Assembly (NCBI RefSeq): GCF_004010195.1
Contig: NC_057718.1
Location: 5,871,110 to 5,935,109, forward strand
Source of the DNA: Chiloscyllium plagiosum
Taxonomy: Eukaryota
DNA length: 64,000 nt
Direction of reading: 5' to 3'
Under the pieces are notes generated by a model. That model saw only the letters and a program-made list of their open reading frames with translations, made no database searches and was not told the origin of the DNA. Numbering within the stretch: the first letter of the stretch is position 1; each line of letters begins with the position of its first letter. Below are positions 39,051-52,720 of this stretch, piece by piece. The translations under genes were made by a program, and so were the position numbers.

Positions 39051-40379
39051 AGGGATCATGTGATGTGAGGAAAATCTTTTCCACAACAGGTGGTTTGGGT
39101 GTGGAATACTCTGCCTGAAGGTGGAATTAATTGGGTTTTAAGGAGCGCATCGAATGATTATTTAAATAAAAACGATAAGCATTATCATGGAGAGAAAGCT
39201 GGAGAATACCACTAAGTCATGATACTCACTTATGGAGACCTGATGGGTGAAACAGTCTCCATCTGTGCCATAAGATTTCCATCATGCTGTGATGTGTGCC
39301 TCACAGATTGTGCACGCAAATATTCGAGGGTGAGATTCCTGACTATTTACTCCTCCTTTGGCTAATGTGTGTGAGGTTGGCACTGTCAGGAGATCAGTGC
39401 TGTGGTTTTCATCATTCCCCTTAAAGCCTGCATCTAACACGAAGCCCATATTGTATTGCTTTGTTTGCCTGTGATACATAAGTTGCCACATATGTGTACT
39501 GCACCCACAGCGCTGGCTGCTGATGAAAGATTACTAAAGTCCAATCATCACTATAAACCCAATACTGTGCCTGTCTGGAGTTCAACCACCAAGTCGTTGA
39601 AATGAGCTCAGGGGTCGGCATTTTGAGGGGTACTTCAATGACCAAAAATGTCACGTGGTTCACAAAAGGGAATTACAATGTTATGAAATAACTGGTTGGC
39701 TGAGACTGGGTGGTGACGGGAATAAAAGGGATTGACGTAACTCTGCTGGTTGAACAAAGCTAAGGACATGGTGCGGGGGGCTTTAGCATTGCTACAGAGA
39801 AACAGAATGCAGACCTGTGACTGGGTTTAACAAAGAGGGAATGATTAATTCGCATCTTGGATTTACTTTGCTGATTGGAATCACTAGTGAGATACAGAGA
39901 AACCCCATCTTAAGCCTCTACTGGATTAAACTTTCATGCTGCAAGTGAATGTGAACAGTTGATATTCCTTCAGGAGAAAGTTTTGTATCTAAAATGCGTT
40001 TCATTCTTGCAAAATACCACCCTATCTCCAAGATACCTTTCCTCTCCAATGACCTTGAAAATGCTGTCACTTCCGAAATTCAGTTTTTGGTGCAATTCCA
40101 GGTTTTGAAGCAGGTTTCAGCCCTTGTCACATGACTAAAACAGGTCAGGGTCACAACTAAAATCCTCTGTGCACAGGACAAGAGTAAACTGTCTTTCCTT
40201 GTGCTTCTTGAAAAGTCTTTCTGTTGTTGATGCAGTTGGTTTCTGTAACATAGTCCACTATCATACAATGGAAACGTCTCACCACGTTGATTCTTATCTT
40301 TCTAAATACAGCCAGAGTATTAACGGTAAAGTCTTCCCAATGTACTACAAAACTATTACTCTTTATCTTCCCAAGAATG

Positions 40380-41800
40380 AGGGTGGCATAGCAGCTCAGT
40401 GATTAGCGCTGCTGGCTCACATCACCAGGGAGCTGTGTTCAATTCCATCCTCGGGTGACTGCCTGTGTGGAGTTTGTACATTCCCTCTGTGTCTGCGTGG
40501 GTTTCTGCACAGGAACAGGCCCATTGGCTCACCACATCTACGCCAAGCAACAAACACCAGTCTACACTAATCCCATTTACTTGTACTTGGTCCTTAGCCT
40601 TAGTATTTTAAGTATTCCTTCATATATTTCTTCAAAGTACCTTCCTCCACCACTCTGTCAGGCAGCACACTCCATATTCCTACCATGCTTATTAGATTAG
40701 ATTCCTTACAGTGTGGGAACAGGCCATTTGGCCCAACAAGCCCACACCAATCCTCCGGAGAGTAACCCACCCAGACCCATTCCCCAACATTTACCCATGA
40801 TTAATGCACCTACCCTACACGTCCCTGAACATTGAGAAATTTAGCACAGCCAATTCACCAATTCTGCACATCTTTGGGTTGTGGGAGGATGCTGGAGCAC
40901 CCAGAGGAAATCCACACAGGGAGAATGTGCAAACTCACAGACACTCACCTGTGGCGGGAATCAAACCCGGGTCTCTGGCTCCGTGAGGCAGCAGTGCTAA
41001 CCACTGAGCCACCATGCCAGTTACCATGCTCTAAGTGAAAATATTCTTTCTCAGATCTCCTTTGAACTAGTTACTCTTCAATTTAAATTTATGTCCTCTG
41101 GTCTTAGATACATCTGCTATGGAGAACTGATTCTCATGATCTCCTCTCTCTCGGCCTCTCATCATTTTGTATATCTCAGTCAGATTCCCCCCTCAGCTTC
41201 CCCTGCTCCAGGGAAAACAAACCCAGCCTCAGCTTCCCCTGCTCCAGGGAAAACAAACCCAGCCTATCCAGTCTCTCTTCATAACAGATATTTTTCATCC
41301 CAGGCAACATCCTGGTGAATCTCCTCTGCACCTTCTCCAATACAATCTCATCCTTCTGATAGCATGGCAACCAAAACTGCACACAGTATTCCATCGATGG
41401 CCTAACCAGTGTTATGTCAAATAGAAACAGAAATTATTGGAGAAACTCAGCAGGTCTGTGGGAAGAAAGCAGAATTAAAATTTCGAGTCTGGTTCCTCTT
41501 CTTTTTCCGAGAATCACAATGTTAACTCTGCTTTCTTTTCACAGATGCTGCTAGACCTGCTGAGTTTTTTCAGCAATTTCTGTTTCTGTTTCAGATCTCC
41601 AGCCTCCACAGTTCTTTGTGCTATTTCTTTATTTTATTTCAATTCAATGTTTTATAAAGTTGTAACAAGACTTCCTTGCTCCTATATTCTACGCCTCTGG
41701 TATTGAAGACAATCATCCAGTATGCTTTCTTCCCCACCCTGTCAACCTGCGCTGACACCTTCAGGGATCAATGGACTTGTACACTAAGGTCCCTTGCCAA
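40380..41800. mobile_element. Nest: HE1 5' part (+, 40380-40505), CR1 3' portion (-), HE1 (-, 40692-41018), PLE family C pair (41420-41620)
   Basis: ORF 41176-41394(-) reads EYCVQFWLPCYQKDEIVLEKVQRRFTRM. HE1 motifs and inverted family C arms are present. Confidence 0.8.
41191..41262. repeat. Perfect 36-bp tandem duplication within CR1
   Basis: cctcagcttcccctgctccagggaaaacaaacccag occurs twice. Confidence 0.95.
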
Positions 41801-42232
41801 TTAACTTAGCATGACATTAGCGTAGTGGGTTGCCTAACTTCTGTCAGAGTCTCTTGAGGAGCTTTGGGCTTCATTTATTCACCATGTCCATTGACCATCC
41901 ATTCATGTTGTGGTCACAGAAGGACAGAGTACTTCTATGCTATGTCTCACAGTTAGTATACATCATTAGACCTATAAGAGACATGCTCATGAAATCATCA
42001 CTATATCATAGTATGTGTCCTGAGGGTATAAATGTCTCATATGCCATCTTACTTGGGATCACTTGAAGCATCTTATGCTCTTTGTAACTTCATTGCCTTA
42101 TATTAGCCCAATCACTGATGTGCCTGAGAATGTGACATTTGTACAGATTAGTAAACTGGAATAAACATTTTTGGATATCTTTATATCACATTATCCAAAC
42201 TGAGTTTCTTATGTTACCATGGATAACAGTGA

Positions 42233-42582
42233 GGGATGACACGGTGGCTCAGGGTTAGCACTGCTGCCTCACAGTACCAGGGACCCACATTCAATTCCAG
42301 CCTTGGGCCACTGTATGTGGGGAGTTTGCACATTCTCTCCGTGTCTGAATGGGTTTTCTTTGGGTGCTCCGGTTTCCTCCCACAGTCCAAAGATGTGCAG
42401 GTTAGGTGAATTGGCCATGCTAAATTATCCATAGCATTCAGGGATGTGTAGGTTAGGTACATTAGCCAGGGTATATATAGAGTAATAGGATAGGGAGCAA
42501 GGAGTATGGATGGATTACTCTTCAGAGGATCATGTGGACTTGTTGGGTCGAATGGCCTCTTTCCACACTGTGGAGATTCTAT
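42233..42582 (+). mobile_element. HE1 SINE
   Basis: tRNA head, V-domain and CR1-like tail. Confidence 0.9.
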
Positions 42583-44089
42583 GATAACAATTGCTGCTTC
42601 TAGTAAAAGATCCTGTGGGAGTCATAACCCACATCAACCACCACCACTCATATCCCACAGAAATTAGCAACACTCATTTGATTGACTGCATTGCAGAGAG
42701 GGAACAGGATTCAAAAGGGTTCAGTCTGAAAGCACACTCGAACTTTCAAACTCTATGTCATCTCTCCAGTAGAATCCAAGCCAGACAGCATGAGTTGTGT
42801 TCTAAACAATTAGTTCTTAACATATTCAATCAAAAATGAAAAGATGTTGTGGTCTGACAGATATATGATGCTCTTTTGAGAATGTCTAACCTTCTTAATT
42901 CCTTGTTTGTTGAGTTAGAAATGTGGGGAATTAGAATCAGGTCACAACGACATTATGTTTTTTTTTTATCTTGGACAGATTTATTGCTGTGCTAGAGCTG
43001 CCCTTCATTAATTTCCCCTATGAAAAGAACACACATTACCTTTCATGGCTTGATGCCATTGAAATTCCAAATGCTTATTGTTTGGGAACAGAGGCGAAAC
43101 AGACAAACATCGGGAATGTCAAAGCAATTTGGGCTGACATTTCCAAGGCGATTCCAGTCATTGTGTCGGAGTACTGTCTGCTGCTGCCATTTCGAGATCT
43201 CCCAGAGTTTTCAGGGGTCAAACTTCTATCCCCCTTCCAGCCAGGGCTCAGCTGGTAGCATACTCACCATCAGTGAGAATGCCACGGAACTGAGACCCAG
43301 AGTTTTCATGAGCTCAATATGCAATCTGACCTTTCATTGGAATGCTTTCGGAGTTGTACATTCAGTGGCTTAATCTTTCAGATGAGACATATCTATTCTT
43401 CAGATATTTCCAGCAGGCCAGCTGGACAGCTCTGCCTGCCCTGCTTTGGGGTAGATCTATTAAGATCATACACCATATGATATAGGAGCTGAATAAGGCC
43501 ATTCTGCCCATCAAGTCTGCTCCACCATTCCATCATAACTGTTGCGTTCCTTAACCCCATTCTTCTGCTTTCTCCTGGGAACCCTTGATTCCCTTATTAA
43601 TTAAGAACCTATTAATCTCTGACTCAAAGAAACTCAGTGACTTGGCCTCCACAGCCTCCTTCAGCAATGAGTTCCACAGATTAACGCCCCGCTCGCTGAA
43701 GTGTCAACAGGCAGTTAAGTCGTCAGTGGTGGGCCTGCACTGCAATCAAAGACCCCAGGCCAGAGATCCCCCACTGGGAGCTGTTGGTTGATTGGACAGT
43801 GAAAGCTGTTGGTTTCAAGTAGTACCCCTGGCAGGAGGTCCATCCACCAGATGCCTGGCAGGGTGACCCCAAGCTAAAGGAACGTGAGTGCAGAGTGGCA
43901 GTGATGGGGGCGGTTTCAAAAGATGGGGAACAGAGACTGACAGTAAGGACTGAGAGCTGACTTTTAGCAGAGCATCCAACCCCCCCCCCCCCCCCTCCCA
44001 ATTGGCAGTCTCCTGACTAGACTATCATCAAAAGGATTTGCTCTTTTTGGGATTCCAATTTTAGGCAATTGTCCCCTGAAGTGACACGT

Positions 44090-45000
44090 AACAACGTAAG
44101 AACTCGGAGCAGGAGTCGGCCATCTGGTCTCTCGAGCCTACTCCCCCATTCACTAAGATCATGGCTGATCTTTTCATGGCCTCAGCTCCACTTACCCGCA
44201 CTCTCACCATAACCCTTAATTCCTTTCCTGTTCAAAAAATTATCTATCTTAACTTGAAAAATATTTACTGAGGAAACCTCAACCATATCACTGGGCAGGG
44301 AATTCCACAGATTCACAACCCTCTGGGTGAAGAAATTCCTTCTCAGTTCTGCCCTAAATCTGCTCCCCCTAATTTTGAGGCAATGCCCTCTTGTCCTAAT
44401 TTCACCTGGCAGTGGAAACATCCTCTCCACGCCCATCTTATCTGTTTCCTTCATGATTTCATATATTTCTATAAGATTCTCTTCCATTCTTCGAAATTAC
44501 AATGAATATAATCACAGTTTACTCAGTCTCTCCTCATAAGCCAATGCCTTCATCTCCTGGTATCAAACTAGCAAACCTCCCCTGCACCCCGTCTGGTACC
44601 AGGATATTCTTTCTCAAGTACGGAGACAAAAATTGCATGTAGTACTCCAGGTGTGGCCTCACCTATACAGTTGTAACATTACCTCCCTGCTTTTAAACTC
44701 AATCCCTTCAGCAATGAAGGACAAAATTCCATTTGCCTGCTTAATTACCCGCTGCATCTGCAAACCAACCTTCTGCGATTCATGCACAAGGACATCCAGG
44801 TCCCTCTGCACAGCAGCATGCTGCACTTTCTTACTATTAAAGCAATCATCCTTTTTACTGTTATTCCTACCAAAATTGGTAACTTCACATTTATTATCAT
44901 TGCACTCCATCTGCCAGATCTTTGCCCACTCACTTAAACTGTCTGTGTCCCTTTGCAAAGTTTCACAGTCCTCTGCACACTTTGCTCTACCACTCATCTT
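44090..45000 (-). mobile_element. CR1 LINE 3' portion
   Basis: LQRDTDSLSEWAKIWQMECN...RTRGHCLK...RRNFFTQRVVNLWNSLP. Confidence 0.95.
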
Positions 45001-46367
45001 AATGTACTTAATAGTCAATTAAGAGCATCAATTTGCAGCAACATAGAAAAGGAATCCATAAGATTTCCTGCGCTGGATTCAATTGGGATTGAGGTGGGAA
45101 TGAGGCAGGATCCTTGCTGGCATGTTGAATGCCTCCTACCTCCAAGCACATCCCACAGGAGGTCACTAAGCTGCACCCTATGTTTCCATGTAGAGATTGT
45201 AAAGGATAAAGTCACCACAGTCTCACACTCTCATTAGAAACAAACAGCTGGTGTTGAGTTCAGCTGCAGGCCACTACCTTTCAGGTAAGGGTCAAGGTTG
45301 AGAGGGCAGGAATTGACCCCACAATGTTGGCACTATTCTGCATCAAAGATCAGCATCCAGCCCAACTGAGCTCAAAGTCCCATGGCAAGATTCTAAAATA
45401 GACCAGTCAAACTCTTCTGTTAAAAATCAAAAAACTGCAGATGCTGGAGATCAGAAACTGAAACAGAGGTTGCTGGAAAAGCTCAGCAGGTCTGGCAGCA
45501 TCTGTGAAGAGAAATCAAAGGGATCCTCCCTCAGAACTGATGATATTGAGGAAAATGGTGGTTTTTATGCAGAAGATAGGGTAGGGGAAGTGGTAAGGAG
45601 TAAATGATGGGTAGGGATAGTGCCCAAAGAGACAGAAGAGCAGGGAGCTACCAGGAAGGTAAATTTTCCTCTTAAAGACTTACCTCATGAATCAGTGGAG
45701 TGAAAGCTTTATAGGAGTGGATGCAGATGCGGGGATTGCTGGGTAAGTGAACTGATATATTCGGGCTGCGGCTAAACCCAAGACACGTGGACCAGAGGGC
45801 ATAATCTCACATTTAGGACAGAGGACAAAGGGAAATCTCTTCTCTTAGTGGGTGGTGAATGTATGAAATTCTTCATGACAGAGAGATTATCATGTCCATT
45901 CAAGGCTGAGTAAGAGAATCAGAGTTATGGGGAAGAGGCAGGAAACTGGATTTGAGGGCAATCAGATCAGCCATGACCTCAATGAATGGCCTTTTTCAGC
46001 TCCTACATCTTATTGTAACTCTATGCCTGTCTTCAGGTTCCACTGGAAGACCCCTGTTTTCAATGTAGATGGCGCATCAAAACTCCATAGTACAACTCTC
46101 CTTACAGAAACCCTTCTGAGCTGATCAATCTTGAACTGACTTAGCCAGGCCATGAGCGTGTGAGCTGAGTTGTTTCAGGAGTTCCGGATGCAATGCAGTC
46201 CCATCCTGCAGCTTTACCACAGTTCAGGCTCCTAATGCTTTCTTCAGGTCTGTGATTTTGAACGGACTAGCACTAATGGCTGGCATTTTTTTTTCAGTTC
46301 TTTAAGGATGATGCACCTTATTTCCTTTTCCAATCGTGTCCTCCCTAATTGCGGCAGACAAGTGAGA

Positions 46368-46457
46368 TTCCTGATGAAGGCCTTTGCCCGAAACGTTGAT
46401 TTACCTGCTCCTCGGACGTTGCTTGACCTGCTGTGCTTTTCCAGCACCACTCTAATC
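46368..46457 (+). mobile_element. 90-bp PLE family A insertion beginning at a hammerhead core
   Basis: CTGATGA-AGGCCTTTGCCC-GAAAC-GTT, flanked by the 13-bp repeat cagacaagtgaga (46355-46367, 46458-46470). Confidence 0.85.
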
Positions 46458-47459
46458 CAGACAAGTGAGAACCTGGTTTGAAGTGACTGTTAGATGATTT
46501 AATACACATGATGTTTGGAATACTCTAATGCAGGTGAACTCAGTTCCAACCCTACTGACTGGAATGAGTCAGACTGAGCCATGCTGTTGTTTCCTCCTAT
46601 TTGACTAGACATAACTCCCCTTCAGAACTGTATGTTAATCCTTATATAACTCTATAAGAGCCTCATAGATTAATAACTGTGTGCTCCCTGAATAATTGCA
46701 TAGATCAATGTAACTCCCTGCTTAACTCCCTACATGCATACCTCTTCCGTCTGAAATAATGGTCTCTTGCCACAGTTCTTCCACACTCAGATTAGGTGCT
46801 GTGAGAAAATTTATTGAACTGTTGATATTCTACATCGGAAACTAAAATAAATTACTCTTAACTCATCTGCCAGATAGCATGAAATCAAACAAATCTATCA
46901 GTTCTAAATCTTTTCATACGTAGAATGGAGAGCAATAAACAACCTCATTCTGAAAAACAGTGAGTCATTTCATTGGACAGTAAATATTAGATCTTGACCT
47001 GATGCCTGGTTCATCCATTAGCTGCTACGCAATTGCAGTACATGCGCTACAGGGAGTATTCAAATGCAGCCAAAATCCTAAGATTGTTTTAATTTAATGG
47101 CCTGTGTGCTTTGTTGAATTCAGTCTTGGGCACCAAGAACCTGAATTGTTTTGGCATCTTCAAGTAAATATAAAGCAGTTCCAATTATCCAGTTGATCAC
47201 ATCTCTTCGAGATGTTCTCACATTGAATCACGTTGAAACACAAACACCATTGTGGAGCAGGCGAAGAATGCCTGCAGTTTTTCTGATCCTAAGAGACATT
47301 ACTTATTATTTCAATGTGGTTGGTCTGTTCTCAACTCTAGACCTAGGATTGTGCTCTCCTGTACCTGTGATTCTATGGAAATAAACTTGTACATAGAAAT
47401 AAGTACTCCCCTTTTAGAGTCATAGAGTCATAGAGATGTACAGCACAGCAACAGATCGA

Positions 47460-48380
47460 AAAATATATTTCCCTCTCCACCCCTTTCCGCCTTCCGCAAA
47501 GACCGTTCCCTCCGTGACTACCTGGTCAGGTCCACACCCCCAACAACCAACCCTCCCATCCTGGCACCTTCCCCTGCCACCGCAGGAATTGCAAAACCTG
47601 CACCCACACCTCCCCCCTCATCTCCATCCAAGGCCCTAAAGGAGCCTTCCACATCCATCAAAGTTTTACCTGCACATCCACCAATATCATTTATTGTATC
47701 CGTTGCTCCCGATGCGGTCTCCTCTACATTGGGGAGACTGGACGCCTCCTAGCACAGCGCTTTAGGGAACATCTCTGAGACACCCGCACCAATCAACCAC
47801 ACCGCCCTGTGGCCCAATATTTCAACTCCCCCTCCCACTCTGCCGAGGACATGGAGGTCCTGGGCCTCCTTCACCGCCGCTCCCTCACCACCCAATGCCT
47901 GGAGGAAGAACGCCTCATCTTCCACCTCGGAACACTTCAACCCCAGAGCATCAATGTGGACTTCAACAGTTTCCTCATTTCCCCTTCCCTCACCTCATCC
48001 CGGTTCCAAACCTCCAGCTCAGCTCTGTCCCCATGACTTGTCCTACCTGCCTATCTTCTTTTCCACCTATCCACTCTGACCTATCACCTTCATTCCACCC
48101 ATTGTACTCTTTGCTACCTTCCCCCACCCTCCTCCCTGACCTATAACCTTCATCTCCTCCCCCACTCACCTATTGTACTCTATTCTACTTTCTCCCCACC
48201 CCCACCCTCCTCTCATTTATCTCTCCACCCTTCATGCTCTCTGCCTGTATTCCTGATGAAGGGCTTTTGCCCAAAACATCGATTTTCCTGCTTCTCGGAT
48301 GCTGCCTGAACTGCTGTGCTTTTCCAGCACCACTAATCCAGAATCTGGTTTCCAGCATCTGCAGTCATTGTTTTTACCTT
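47460..48380 (+). mobile_element. 5'-truncated Penelope-like element (Cys motif + GIY-YIG endonuclease + family A terminal repeat)
   Basis: GTFPCHRRNCKTC...FTCTSTNIIYCIRCSRCGLLYIGETGRLLAQRFREHL*...PVAQYFN...EERLIFHLGTLQPQSINVDF. The terminal repeat at 48250-48380 has CTGATGA, but GAAA has mutated to AAAA. Confidence 0.9.
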
Positions 48381-49480
48381 CCTGAGTTTCTCCAGCATTG
48401 TACTGTTTATATTTCAGATTTCCTTTTGCATTCATTGACTAGGTTTTGTTATGATTTTGTAACCAATCTCTCAACCTGTCTGTCATTTTTGTGGATTTAT
48501 AGTCCCCACAGTTCAAAATATTTCCAGCTTTTGTGTCACTGTTAAGTTTTGAAAATGTGCTGTATGACATTCCCTTTGTCATAAATATATATGCAGAAGA
48601 CCTAACACCAACCTCTGGGGAAACCCCACTATAAATCTTCCCCCTGTCAGAAAAATATTTGTTCTTCACTTCTTTCCACTTACCTCTTAGGGGACAGGAT
48701 AGATGTGGAGAAGTTGTTTCCCCTTGTGGGACAGTCAAAGACCAGAGGCTTGTAATCTCTGAATAAGACAGAGATAAGGAGGAATTGCTTCTCTCAGAGG
48801 GTAGTGAATCTGTGGAAGTCTTTATCACAGAGAGCTATCATGGCTGGGTCATCAAATATATTTGAGGCTGAGATAGACAGATTTTTGATCGGGAAGGGAA
48901 TCAGGAGTTATAGGGAACAAAGGACAGGAAAGCAGAGTTGAGGGTTAACAAATCAGCCATGACCTCTTTGAGAGGCAGAGTAGACTAGAATGACTGAATG
49001 GCTTATTTCTGCTCCTACATCTTCTGGTATGTTCAATCTCTCTGTAGCATCATATGGATTGCATTAGTGCTCTGAATGAAAAAGCAATTGTCTATTTTTG
49101 CTGAATAGGGGTTGCTCCACATCCTGTCTCTGTGATGTCATGTAATAAAGTGACTTTATCATTGACACCATTGAGTCGTTTTAGTGAAAGCTGCTTCGTG
49201 TCTGGTGCTCCACTACAACTGTACATCTTAGCAGTAAACCTGAATTGAGAGCTTCAACGCTACCGACAAATTGGGCAAGAACTTTACTAAATAGTTTATG
49301 AGTGCACTGTTTTCATATCTGTCAATTGCTAAATTTCTGCTCGAGCTCTCACCTTGTCAGGATCCAGGTGAAGAGTCTTTGCTCTCAGCACTTGACTTGA
49401 GACATTTTTAATTGCATTTTTTTCTTAAGCTTCGGGTTCAGGTGGTGAGCTCTCTTGAGCAGTCACAATAAATTCTGATG

Positions 49481-49742
49481 ATTTGGAGATGCCGGTGTTG
49501 GACTGGGGTGTACAAAGTTAAAAATCACACAACACCAGGTTATAGTCCGACAGGTTTAATTGGAAGCACCCTAGCTTTTGGAGCATCGCTCCTTCATCAG
49601 ATGATAGTGGAGGGCTCAATCCTCCACTTTAATTGAGGCTTGAACCCTCCATTACCATCTGATGAAGGAGCGATGCTCCGAAAGCTAGGGTGTTTTCAAA
49701 TAAACCTGTTGGACTATAACCTGGTATTGAATGATTTTTAAC
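49481..49742. mobile_element. PLE family B inverted-repeat insertion with hammerhead cores on both arms
   Basis: Plus-strand core CTGATGA-A-GGAGC-GAT-GCTCC-GAAAG-CTA at 49659-49687; the minus-arm copy has lost GAAA. Flanked by the 12-bp repeat taaattctgatg (49469-49480, 49743-49754). Confidence 0.85.
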
Positions 49743-49849
49743 TAAATTCTGATGGTTTCTTCCATTGTGTGTCCCTATCTATAAATGAGCAAATTTTCCA
49801 CAATAACTTCCATTCCAGGAAGATCACTGCCTGTCCCATGCTGTCCTCT

Positions 49850-50208
49850 GTGATAGCCTTTGAGAGCAATGGAAATGTCAAACAGCGTATACAAATCCTG
49901 CCTGCTGGGTCCCTCCACAAATACTGCCAGACCCACTGAACTCTTCTAAACCCTCTTCCATTAGGCAGACAATATAAAAGTTTCAAAACACCTACAAACA
50001 GATTTAAGAGCAGCTTATTCTCTGCTATTATTTGACTTATGAATGGACTTCTATATATATTAGAGTTGATCTTACTTTGTATCTTCCCAGCATTCTGTTC
50101 TATTTCCCTGATGTACTCATGTAAGGTATAATTTGTCTGTTTAGCACACAAATCAATACTTTTCACTGTATCTTGGTACATGTGGCAATAATAAATCAAA
50201 TCAAATCA
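49850..50208 (+). mobile_element. Rex1/Babar-type LINE 3' end
   Basis: PLPLGRQYKSFK remnant, then aataaatcaaatcaaatca tail. Confidence 0.75.
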
Positions 50209-50774
50209 GAAGTCAATGCATGTTAGCAGTAACTGAATGAAACTTGTATCTAAGATTGCAGAGAGCTCCACGACTTCAGTCAGTCCCATACTTGGTAAAC
50301 AATAATCGATGAACTTTTAGTTTTCGTGAATTATATGAAAATATGGACCTAAAGCCTAAAACCTAATATTTTGGATTACAATCTTTGAACTGGGAACAAA
50401 ACAAGCAAAATCCTTGAGGTGTAGAGTTGGCACATTGCTTGTAGAGTTCAATAAAGCAGTGGCTCCATCTCAATTATGATAGGTCTGTATACGTTCACCG
50501 ATCCTCATCTTCTGCTTGAGTGCTCAGATTGTTGGCAACTTCACAGACGCCAAACAGCTAAGATCCTGACTGACATTTCACTCCAGCTGGCAATAGCTAT
50601 TAGCCACAGTAACTTCCCACTGAAATAGCTAATTCCTGGCTTTACTGGAGAATGTGTGAACAGTTTTGAATGTACTTCTTGTTATTGTTTGATTCTTTTA
50701 GGGTAAGTGAAAGCAGCTGAGCTGGTCACCACAGAAGTGCCAACATTGTCAGCAGAGATTCAGATATACTTATT

Positions 50775-52200
50775 GCCATAAGACCACAATGTACAGGAGC
50801 AGAATTCTGCCACGTGTCCCATTGAGTCTTCTCCACTATTCAATCCTGACTGAAATGTTTTTCAACCCCATTCTCCTTCTTTCTACTGTAATCCTTAATC
50901 CCTTTACAAATCAGGAACCTACCTATCTCCATCTTAAAAGTGCTCAATGTTGGTCTCTGTGGTAATGAGTTCTGCCGATTCACCAACCTGGTGTTAGAGT
51001 CAAAGAGCCATCCAGCATGGAAACAGACCATTCGGTCCCTTCTCTCCGTGCTGACCAGGTATCCCAAACTGAACTAGTCCTATTTACCTGCATTTGGTCC
51101 ATATCCCTAGAAACCTTTCCTAGTCACGTACAAATCCAAATGTATTTTAAATATTGTACTTGTACCCGTCTCTACCACTTCATCTGGCAGTTCATTCCAT
51201 GTACACACCACCCTCTGAGTTTAGACATTGCCCCTCAGATCCCTTTTAAATCTTTCCCATCTCACCTTAAACCATGTCCTCTAGTTTTGGACTCCCTACC
51301 CTTGGAACAAGACTTTGGCTATTCATGTTATCCATGCCCCTCATGATTTTACAAACCTCTGTAAGGTCACCCCTCAGTTTATGACAGTCCAGGAAAAAAA
51401 GTCCCAGCCTATCCAGCCTGTTCTTATAACTCAAACCCTCCAGTCCTGGCAACGCTTTTATAAATTATTTTCTGCACACTGAAGGAGTTCCTCCTTATCA
51501 GTTCTAAAGTCAGTTCTCACCTCAGTTATGGTCACCACATTACAGGAAGGTTATGGAGGCTCTGGAGAGGGTATAGAAGAGGTTTACCAGGATGCTGCCT
51601 GGATGAGAGGGCATGAACTATAAAGAGAGGGTAGAAAAACTTGATTTTTTTTCACTGGAGCAGCAGAGGCCGAGGGGAGACTTGATAAAAGTCTATAAAG
51701 CTATGAGATGCATAGATAAGGTTGACAGTTAGAATCTTTTTTCCAGGGTTGAGATGTCTAATACCAGGGGGCATGCATTTAAGGTGAGGTGGGTAAGTTT
51801 AAAGGCGATGTGAGGGGCATGATTTTTACACAGAGAGCGGTAGGTGTATATAACACACTGGCGCGGGTGTTGGTGGAGATAAATATGATAAGGGCATTTA
51901 AGGGACTTTTAGATAAACACATGAGCATGCAAGGGATGGAGCGATTTGGACCAAGGGCAAGCAGAAGGGAGTAGTTTAATTTGTTGTCATGTTAGGCACA
52001 ATATCATCTTTTATGTTCTGTAAGTGTTATCCCTTTACTTTGAGGCTGAGCCCTCAGGTCCTAGTCTCTCCTACTCATGGAAACATCTTCTCCATTCCAC
52101 TCTGTCCAGGCCTCTCAGTATTCTGTCAGTTTCAGTGTGCTTCCCCTCATCCTTCTAAACCCCATCAAGTACAGATCCAGAGTTCAAACAATCCTTATGA
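50775..52200. mobile_element. Nested CR1 3' fragments (old minus-strand host containing 50995-51480 minus and 51520-52020 plus copies)
   Basis: Several LGLF.LE/RGDL and FFTQRV-type segments and CR1 tails. Confidence 0.75.
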
Positions 52201-52616
52201 GCAATTGGGGTTGAGCTGATGGAGGCACTAACTTACGGTGCAAAGGATCTCAACCGATTACGTTTGCCCCAGTCGGAAAAACAGCAGTCAGAATCAAAGA
52301 TTTGTTTTGCTGTAGCAGGAGATCATTGTGCCCACTTTATTAGCTCGCCAAATGAGCACCATGACCTGGAACCATTCTACTGCCCTTTCCCTATGTCCCT
52401 GCACACTATTTCTGTTTGAATAAATATCGAATGCCCTACTGAATGGTGCCATTGAACCAGGCTCCATTACACCTTCAATCAGTGCATTCCAGATCCCAAA
52501 TACCTGCTTCTCACAGCTCATTGACCTCCTTCACAAATTGCTTAAATCTCATACTCTTGCCCCTCATATTCTCAGTCTACTCTCACCATACCTACGTTGG
52601 TTTTGAAAAGTGCTGA

Positions 52617-52720
52617 ATTCTTGATTATTTTAATTTTTATCTCAGATACGTTCAAATAATTTTCTAAGATTCTTGATTATTTTAATTTTTATCTCAGATA
52701 CGTTCAAATAATTTTCTAAG
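52617..52720. repeat. Perfect 52-bp tandem duplication
   Basis: attcttgattattttaatttttatctcagatacgttcaaataattttctaag occurs twice. Confidence 0.95.

Larger units (their letters stand above)
36960..39280 (+). mobile_element. Old CR1 ORF2 remnant with multiple nested insertions
   Basis: VDVMYVSFHKVFN (about 37050), DRWQMNFNVTKCE (about 38160) and 3' UTR (about 39250). Interrupted by a PLE family C repeat and two HE1 copies. Confidence 0.7.

Noticed and set aside
41900..42190. Possible solo LTR (TATA, AATAAA, ends in CA)
   Set aside because: No TSD and no second copy in the window.
42971..43373. Plus-strand ORFs after a T-rich acceptor
   Set aside because: No good donor or recognisable homology, so it cannot be supported as an exon.
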